A stretch of 19,366 nt of DNA, taken from Eledone cirrhosa. Taxonomy: Eukaryota. The stretch is taken from NCBI GenBank assembly GCA_964016885.1, contig CAXHJY010000632.1:1-19366 (forward strand), in the 5' to 3' direction. The notes below the pieces were generated by a model that worked only from the letters and a program-made list of their open reading frames with translations, made no database searches and was not told where the DNA came from. Each line of letters starts with the position of its first letter. Within the stretch, counting starts at the first letter, position 1. Below, piece after piece: positions 13,663-19,366 of this stretch. The position numbers and the translations under genes are program-made.

Positions 13663-13896
13663 GTATATATATATATATGTATATATATATGTATATATAT
13701 ATATATGTATATATATATGTATATATATATGTATATATATATATTTGTATATATATATGTATATATATATGTATATATATATATGTATATATATATATTA
13801 TATGTGTATATATATATATGTATATATATGTATGTATATATATATATATATGTATATATATATGTATATATATATATATGTATATATATATATGTG

Positions 13897-13929
<33 letters not shown>

Positions 13930-13942
13930 GTATATATATATG

Positions 13943-13974
<32 letters not shown>

Positions 13975-14045
13975 GTGTATATATGTATATATATATGTAT
14001 ATATATATATATGTATATATGTATATATATATGTATATATATATG

Positions 14046-14083
<38 letters not shown>

Positions 14084-14343
14084 TGTATATATATGTATAT
14101 ATATATGTATATATATATATGTATATATATGTATATGTATATATATGTATATATATATATGTATATATATATGTATATATATATATGTATATGTATATAT
14201 GTATATGTATATATGTATATATATATGTATGTATATATGTATATATATGTATATATATATGTATATATATGTATATATATATATATGTATATATATGTAT
14301 ATATATATATATGTATATATATGTATATATATATATATGTATA

Positions 14344-14382
<39 letters not shown>

Positions 14383-14665
14383 TTATATATATATATATAT
14401 GTATGTATGTATATATATGTATATATATATATATGTATGTATATATATGTATATATATATGTATGTATATATATGTATATATATATGTATGTATATATAT
14501 GTATATATATATATATATGTATGTATATATATGTATATATATATATATATGTATGTATATATATGTATATATATATATATGTATGTATATATATGTATAT
14601 ATATATATATGTATGTATATATATGTATATAAATATATATGTATATATATATATATGTATGTATA

Positions 14666-14744
<79 letters not shown>

Positions 14745-14916
14745 GTATGTATATATATGTATATATATGTATATATATATATATGTATGTATATATATGT
14801 ATATATATATATATGTATGTATATATATGTATATATATATATATGTATGTATATATATGTATATATATATATATGTATATATATATGTATATATATATAT
14901 ATGTATATATATATGT

Positions 14917-14948
<32 letters not shown>

Positions 14949-14972
14949 ATATATATATATGTATATATATGT

Positions 14973-15004
<32 letters not shown>

Positions 15005-15170
15005 ATATATATATATGTATATATATGTACATATATATATATGTATATATATATGTACATATATATATGTGTATGTATATATATGTACATATATATATAT
15101 GTATATATATGTACATATATATATATGTATATATATATGTACATATATATATATATGTATATATATATGT

Positions 15171-15202
<32 letters not shown>

Positions 15203-15341
15203 ATATATATATATGTATATATATATGTACATATATATATATGTATATATATATATATGTATATATATATGTACATATATATATATGTACATATATATAT
15301 ATGTACATATATATATATGTACATATATATATATATGTATG

Positions 15342-15374
<33 letters not shown>

Positions 15375-15597
15375 GTATATATATGTATATATATATATAT
15401 GTATATATATATGTATATATATATATATGTATATATATATGTACATATATATATATGTATATATATGTATATATATATATATGTATATATATATGTACAT
15501 ATATATATATGTATATATATGTATATATATATATATATGTATACATATATGTATATATATATATATATGTTTATATATGTATATATGTATATATATG

Positions 15598-15628
<31 letters not shown>

Positions 15629-15641
15629 GTATATATATATG

Positions 15642-15720
<79 letters not shown>

Positions 15721-15876
15721 TATGTATATATATATATATATGTATATATATGTATATATATATATATGTATATATATATGTATATATATATATATGTATA
15801 TATATATGTATATATATATGTACATATATATATATGTATATATATATGTACATATATATATATGTATATATATATG

Positions 15877-15927
<51 letters not shown>

Positions 15928-15946
15928 GTGTGTGTGTGTATATATA
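13320..15946. repeat. ~2.6-kb (TA)nTG array with GTATGTA and GTACA sub-domains
   Basis: Read directly from the sequence. Confidence 0.97.
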
Positions 15947-16275
15947 CAGATACAAAGAGGTATTCATGAATATATAATATAATATTTGATTTAAGTAAAA
16001 TATTAAAAATTACGAAAGATACGAATGGTTGAATAAAACCAATTAAGAACCACAGTAAATATTTTATCCACAATTTATAAGGATCATGATAATTATTAAT
16101 TACTAAGCACGACTCGGTTAATTAAGAAAAAAATATTATCATGTCTTAAGATCATGCCTTTCGTACGATGGTAATATTGTTTTGTAATTATTTTCGTTTC
16201 AGTACAAATGTCCGCCTTTATTGTTCTATAAAAACTTCATATCACGATATGTTTAGCAAAAGCATTAATGTCAAA

Positions 16276-16276
16276 C

Positions 16277-16307
<31 letters not shown>

Positions 16308-16495
16308 TACCTACACTCGCATATACGCATATACATACACATAAACACATATATACATATTTATATACACACAAAAATCTACTATTCGGTTGTTTGGGTT
16401 TTTGTCGGGTTTTTTTTTTCATTTATTGTTGTTCTTTTTCATTTTTTTTCCATAATCCTTTCCCATATATAATAATAATATACATTTCCGTATAT

Positions 16496-16537
<42 letters not shown>

Positions 16538-16582
16538 CATAAATTAAAATATATATATATATGTATCTATATATTCATATAA

Positions 16583-16636
<54 letters not shown>

Positions 16637-16659
16637 GTGAATATATACATATATATATT

Positions 16660-16696
<37 letters not shown>

Positions 16697-16712
16697 TGTA
16701 TATATATGAATA
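16276..16712. repeat. Interrupted (TA)n/(CA)n microsatellites
   Basis: Read directly from the sequence. Confidence 0.85.
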
Positions 16713-16965
16713 TGAATTGTTTGTTGACATCATTTAAAAATGTGTCTCCTTGCCTACTAATACTCTACAAGAGTAATATGAATATGCATGCGTGCATTTA
16801 TTAAATGTTTTCCATAATAGACACACCCTTGATGTGAAGTTTCTCATCAATGACACACCCTATAAGTAAACATTCACAACACAGACAAAAGAAACACATA
16901 TTACATGCTCCCTTTATAATTAATTTCTTAAACAATGAATACAAATTATTTCCTATTATTATCCA

Positions 16966-17136
16966 TTATCGACCCCCTAAGGATGAAAGCAAAGTTAACC
17001 TCGGCGCGATTTCAACTTTATGATGTGAGTTCAAATCCCGCCGAGGTTAACTTTGCCTTTCATCCTTACGGGGTCGATAAAAGGAAGTACCAGTAATGCA
17101 CTGAGTAATTGCTGGCCTTGTGCCAACAGTAGAAAC

Positions 17137-17140
<4 letters not shown>
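16966..17140 (+). mobile_element. 5'-truncated SINE with an inverted 5' duplication (arms 16966-17017 and 17028-17080)
   Basis: ttatcgaccccctaaggatgaaagcaaagttaacctcggcgcgatttcaact is the near-perfect reverse complement of agttcaaatcccgccgaggttaactttgcctttcatccttacggggtcgataa. The plus copy continues to the normal SINE end agtagaaacaatt. Confidence 0.85.
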
Positions 17141-17178
<38 letters not shown>

Positions 17179-17238
17179 TTTAATATAGAAATGACCTCTA
17201 CAGGACTGGAACTGTTTCAATTTATATTCAATATATAT

Positions 17239-17454
17239 ATATTAGAAAGTGAAGTTTTTTTTACAAAATGAAAAATAACCGAGGTGTCCTACACGAGTGA
17301 AAGTATAAAGAAAAAAAGATGAAATCGAAAATGCAACTGGAGTCTTATTTAAAAAAAAATATATATATTTATTTGGTTCCTTTACTGGTTTCGCAGTTCT
17401 TCTGCTTTTCAAAAGTAGAGTTGAGATGGAGGGTCTGTGGTTTTTCTCACATCT
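17239..17454 (-). mobile_element. ~215-bp hammerhead-bearing element, copy B
   Basis: Reverse complement of 2983-3198 with a few substitutions. Confidence 0.8.
17379..17416 (-). ncRNA. Minimal hammerhead motif, copy B (slightly mutated)
   Basis: Minus strand aCTT-TTGAAAA-GCAG aagaa CTGC-GAAA-CcaG-TA-AAGg. Loop III palindrome is lost (CCAG instead of CCGG) and stem I is 3 bp. Confidence 0.6.
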
Positions 17455-17457
17455 GTG

Positions 17458-17575
17458 AGATGGGAGAAAAGCCGCAGAAGAACTGCGAAACCGGTAAAGG
17501 AACCAAATAAATATATATATATTTTTTTAAATAAGACTCCAGTTGCATTTTCGTTTTCATCTTTTTTTATTTATA
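17458..17575 (+). mobile_element. Copy C of the same element, head-to-head with copy B, with a 33-bp internal deletion and 3' truncation
   Basis: agatgggagaaaagccgcag|aagaactgcgaaaccggtaaaggaacc... lacks the segment equivalent to 3001-3033. Separated from copy B by a 3-nt spacer (gtg, 17455-57). Confidence 0.8.
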
Positions 17576-17624
17576 TATATATATATACGATATTAAATAA
17601 ATGGAAACTATATTTATAAAACCA

Positions 17625-17699
17625 TATTTATTTCATTATATATATTTCAGGGATATCATATTAACAATATGTTATGCCTTCCTCAGACAAAATACAATA
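17625..17699 (-). ncRNA. Type I hammerhead ribozyme motif (left arm of the palindrome)
   Basis: Mirror copy of 17843-17917. Here the base of stem II is AGG/CCT, fully Watson-Crick. Predicted cleavage after 17637 on the minus strand. Confidence 0.65.
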
Positions 17700-17842
17700 T
17701 AGACAGTTTTATAGATAAATAGATTTGACATACCGTTCAACATCGACTTGTATTTGAAAAAGTTGATTTGCCAAATCAACTTTTTCAAATACAAGTCGAT
17801 GTTGAACGGTATGTCAAATCTATTTATCTATAAAACTGTCTA

Positions 17843-17917
17843 TATTGTATTTTGTCTGAGGAAGGCATAACATATTGTTAATATGATATCTCTGAAATAT
17901 ATATAATGAAATAAATA
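17843..17917 (+). ncRNA. Type I hammerhead ribozyme motif (right arm of the palindrome)
   Basis: Stem I TATTgTATTTTGT/ATGAAATA-AATA; CTGAGGA (17856-62); long stem II AGGcATAaCATATT-gtt-AATATGaTATcTCT; GAAA (17894-97); palindromic ATATATAT stem/loop III; predicted cleavage after AUA (17905); overlapping AATAAA. Confidence 0.65.
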
Positions 17918-18069
17918 TGGTTTTATAAATATAGTTTCCATTTATTTAATATCGTAAATATACTCCAAATACTTGTTGAGTGCTTTTATATCAGTTATAA
18001 ATATTTACTAGTTGTAACCCAACAATTTAAATATAACTTTCCATATATATATATATATATATATATTTT

Positions 18070-18196
18070 ATATAGAAATGGCTTCTACAGGACTAGAACT
18101 GTTTCATTCGAAGAGGAAATTATCAGGAAAGCCTTGATTTCTTGATGATTTCCTTCGAATGAAATATTTCTAGTCCTGTAGAAGCCATTTCTATAT
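18070..18196. repeat. ~127-bp imperfect fold-back (arms ~60 bp, ~7-nt loop)
   Basis: atatagaaatggcttctacaggactagaa...ttctagtcctgtagaagccatttctatat. The outer 29 bp pair perfectly, and the inner part has mismatches and a 2-nt indel. Confidence 0.92.
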
Positions 18197-18510
18197 TAAA
18201 TATTTATACTCTGCTATGTATTGAGTACATTACCCCTGATTGCAACTGTGATACACATACACACACACATGTATATATATATGCTTAGATACACATACAG
18301 ACAAAGAAACAGACACAACAGAGAAATAAAATTAAGTATACAATTGCGAAAATTCATATCATAGAAACAACGAATACGAGAAGGAAGGGATTTGATCGAT
18401 GTAGAAATTTTTAAATTCTTTAACTGATTTAGAGGCAACATTTTAGAATAATGCATCAGTTGTAGTTATATAGAATGGTATATAAACCTGCTGTGGAAGA
18501 TATAGATTGG

Positions 18511-19366
<856 letters not shown>

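Larger units (their letters stand above)
17586..17956. repeat. 371-bp near-perfect palindrome (185-bp arms, 1-nt centre at 17771)
   Basis: Paired positions sum to 35542. The only mismatch seen is G17651/T17891. Centre ...agttgatttg-c-caaatcaact... Confidence 0.97.

Noticed and set aside
18214-18500. Minus-strand 80-aa ORF or terminal exon after an acceptor-like ttccacag
   Set aside because: All frames stop soon after the acceptor, the ORF runs into simple repeats and no motif is recognisable.

Overview
Very AT-rich eukaryotic non-coding DNA (intron or intergenic), probably from a cephalopod such as Octopus. That assignment is an inference from the SINE family and the huge (TA)n/(TATG)n arrays. 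Roughly 60% of the window is alternating purine-pyrimidine microsatellite, and nearly all ORFs in the track are artefacts of it. No complete protein-coding gene is supportable. The complex 'islands' between the arrays are mostly retroelement pieces: several tRNA-derived SINEs (one with a triplicated 3' half), two RTE-type LINE 3' ends (one with a target-site duplication) and an R4/Dong-like 3' end inserted in a SINE's (ATT)n tail. The most interesting content is a set of short non-coding elements carrying minimal type I hammerhead ribozyme motifs of the Penelope-like element (PLE)/retrozyme kind. They sit in (TA)n tracts, and several form head-to-head palindromes. Five different fold-backs lie in a row at 16966-18796, including a 371-bp palindrome with one mismatch that has an outward-facing hammerhead in each arm.
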